DNA of 64,000 nucleotides, from assembly GCA_030390025.1 (NCBI GenBank), contig JASTWF010000334.1:186001-250000 (forward strand), in the 5' to 3' direction. Both the position numbers and the translations under genes were made by a program. Positions 61,942-64,000 of this stretch are shown here, in pieces (the stretch's first letter is position 1; every line of letters begins with the position of its first letter). Source of the DNA: Squalus acanthias (lineage: Eukaryota). The notes beneath the pieces were generated by a model. That model saw nothing but the letters and a program-made list of their open reading frames with translations. It was not told the DNA's origin and ran no database searches.

Positions 61942-63689
61942 TCTATGTAATTAATTAAATTTATTAATAATTTTTAAATACCCTCTGCCCCGCCTGATGA
62001 ATATCACACCTTAGAAACTATAAACCACAGAGTTTAAGTTTAAAAAGAGAGAAATACTCACCAACCAGTTACTTACCTGCTTTCTGGTGACGTCACACCT
62101 CGATTATTTTTGACCTCTCTCCCTCCCTCCGAGTTCGGAGACTGGTCCCGTCTTACCTGGTCTCTGGAGCCTTTTAAAACCTCTGCTGCCTGCCTCGCCT
62201 CACGCAGGTCCGCCGCCGCACCAGGAAGCTGACAAAGATGGAAAAAGGAAGGAACACCTCACTCACCAAACTCGTAGCTGAATACTCTGTTCCAATCTGC
62301 ACTCCGTGACAAACTGCACTCTAGTCTCCCTTATTTATACTGCTGAGATTTAAATAAGTGAGCTCTCTGGCAGTTACAGAACCAGATTAGACCAGTTAAT
62401 TAATTAATTACTCTCACCTGCTCTCCAGCACAGAGCTTGCTCAGCCCTGCCCAAGCCTGGAAGAAACTTAAAACTTAAAACAGTAAATTTAAATGCTAAT
62501 TGCAAGCACACAAGACTAGAATTTATAAAAATAAGTGATTAACCTTTAAGATTTACTTCCTCACTCACCAAACTCGCAGCTTAACACTCTGTTCCAATCT
62601 GCACTCCAAGTCATTAATGTAGATTGTAAAATTTGGGGCCCCAGCACCGATCCTTGTAGCACCCCACTAGTTACCATTTGCCAACCAGAAAATGACCCAT
62701 TTATCCTGACTCTCTGCTTTCTGTTAGTTAGCCAATTCTCTATCCATGCTAATATATTACCCCCAACTCCGTGAGCTCTTACCTTATGCAGTAACCTTTT
62801 ATGTGGCACCTTATCGAATGCCTTCTGGAAATCCAAATACATCACATCCACTGGCTCACCCTTGTCCACCCTGCTTGTTACATCCTCAAAGAACTCCAGC
62901 AAATTTGTTAAACATGATTTCCCTTTCCTAAAACCAGGTTGACTCTGTTTGATTGCAGTATGTTTTTCTAAATGCCCTGCTACTGCTTCCTTAATGAAGG
63001 ACTCCAGCATTTTCCCAATGACAGATATTAGGCTAAGTGGTCTATAGTTTCCTGCTTTCTGTCTCCCTCCTTTCTTAAATAGTGGTGTTACATTAACGGT
63101 TTTCCAATCTGCTGAGACCTCTCCAGAGTTCTGGGAATTTTGGTATATTGCAACCAATGCATCCACTATCTCTGCAGCCACTTCTTTTAAGACCCTGGGA
63201 TGCAGGCCATCTGGTCCAGGGGACTTGTCGTCTTTTAGTCCCATTATTTTACCGAGTACTATTTCCTTAGTGTTAGTGATTGTCTTTAGTTCCCCACTCC
63301 CTGTGGCCCCTTGATTATCCATTATTGGGATGTTGTTAGTGTCTTCTACCGTGAAGACAGATGCAGAATATTTGTTCAGAGTCTCTGCCATTTCCCCTGT
63401 TCCCCATTATTAATTCCCCAGTCTCATCCTCTAAGGGACCAATGTTTACTTTAGCTACCCTCTTCCTTTTTATATACCTGTAGAAGCTCTTACTATCTGT
63501 TTTAATATTTCTTGACAGTTTAGTCTCATAATTCATCTTCTCTCTCTTTATTATTTTTTTAGTCATCCTTTGCTGGTTTTTAAAAATTTCCCAATCCTCT
63601 GGTCTCCCACCAATCTTGGCAACATTATATGCCTTTGTTGCTGTTGTGATGATTGCAGCTTGTTTTAATCTAATTCCCTTTAACTGCAG

Positions 63690-63874
63690 CTCATGTTGCC
63701 CTGAATAGAACATTGGAGAACAGGCAACTGGAGACAGAGACTGATCAGGATCAGCACCTTGAAAAACGTGGCGACAGTAGGAATGGACCTTGTGCCTACG
63801 GCTGGTTTCATTTTCATTACTTGTCCTTCTGTTACAAGTTCTTCACTTTCAGAAAGTCTTGGATAGAAGCTGAG
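63690..63874 (+). CDS. C-type lectin gene B, first CTLD exon (AHVALNRTLENRQLETETDQDQHLEKRGDSRNGPCAYGWFHFHYLSFCYKFFTFRKSWIEAE)
   Basis: Acceptor ttccctttaactgcag| and donor |gtaagc; phase 1-0. Long-form CTLD start C..GW.......CY.F.....W..AE. Confidence 0.9.
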
Positions 63875-64000
63875 GTAAGCCCAGAAGTCTCCAATTTAAG
63901 TTATTGGCTTTGTTCCTCATTGTTTCTAAATATGACTGGACGCAGAGAATGAAAAAATCTTCTTGTTTATATCTGGACAGTTCTGATTGACTCAGTGATT

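Larger units (their letters stand above)
57941..62604 (-). mobile_element. Near full-length CR1 LINE (5' UTR, ORF1, ORF2, (taagaaca)n tail)
   Basis: ORF1 spans 61941-60949 and ORF2 60946-58121 with few lesions. The 5' UTR has a repeated unit at 62259-62306 / 62559-62607. Confidence 0.92.
56147..63627 (-). mobile_element. 5'-truncated CR1 (pieces 56147-56824, 57669-57940, 62605-63627) hosting a MITE and a younger CR1
   Basis: Tail cataagaacataagaaatagg. ORF2 pieces at 56226-56813, 57670-57940 and 62605-63627 are collinear (cccttca|tccaagtcattaat junction). Confidence 0.88.

Overview
Eukaryotic vertebrate DNA. The repeat families and lectin sequence style point to a cartilaginous fish (inference). 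The window is repeat-dominated and has two N-gaps (28001-28200, 49095-49294). The host genes are small spliced exons that the ORF track mostly misses. (1) C-type lectin gene A on +: exons 911-1051 and 11066-11174, with an EPN motif. (2) An EndoU/XendoU-family endoribonuclease on -: exons 46521-46626, 44216-44337 and 38102-38214, with compatible phases. (3) A head-to-head inverted duplication (~49295-51540 / ~52420-55400). Each arm carries CCAAT and TATA boxes, a short UTR exon and an 18-aa signal-peptide exon. The + copy splices in frame to a C-type lectin exon at 63690-63874. The - copy has no visible lectin exons and points, across a gap, at the EndoU exons. The remainder is a 33-bp minisatellite (~16.6 kb), a 32-bp minisatellite (~9.3 kb), nested CR1/L2 LINEs, SINEs, a full-length but decayed PIF/Harbinger transposon (Myb/SANT gene plus DDE nuclease) and several hairpin-rich Harbinger-type MITEs. 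The very long ORFs in the track are tandem-repeat artefacts.
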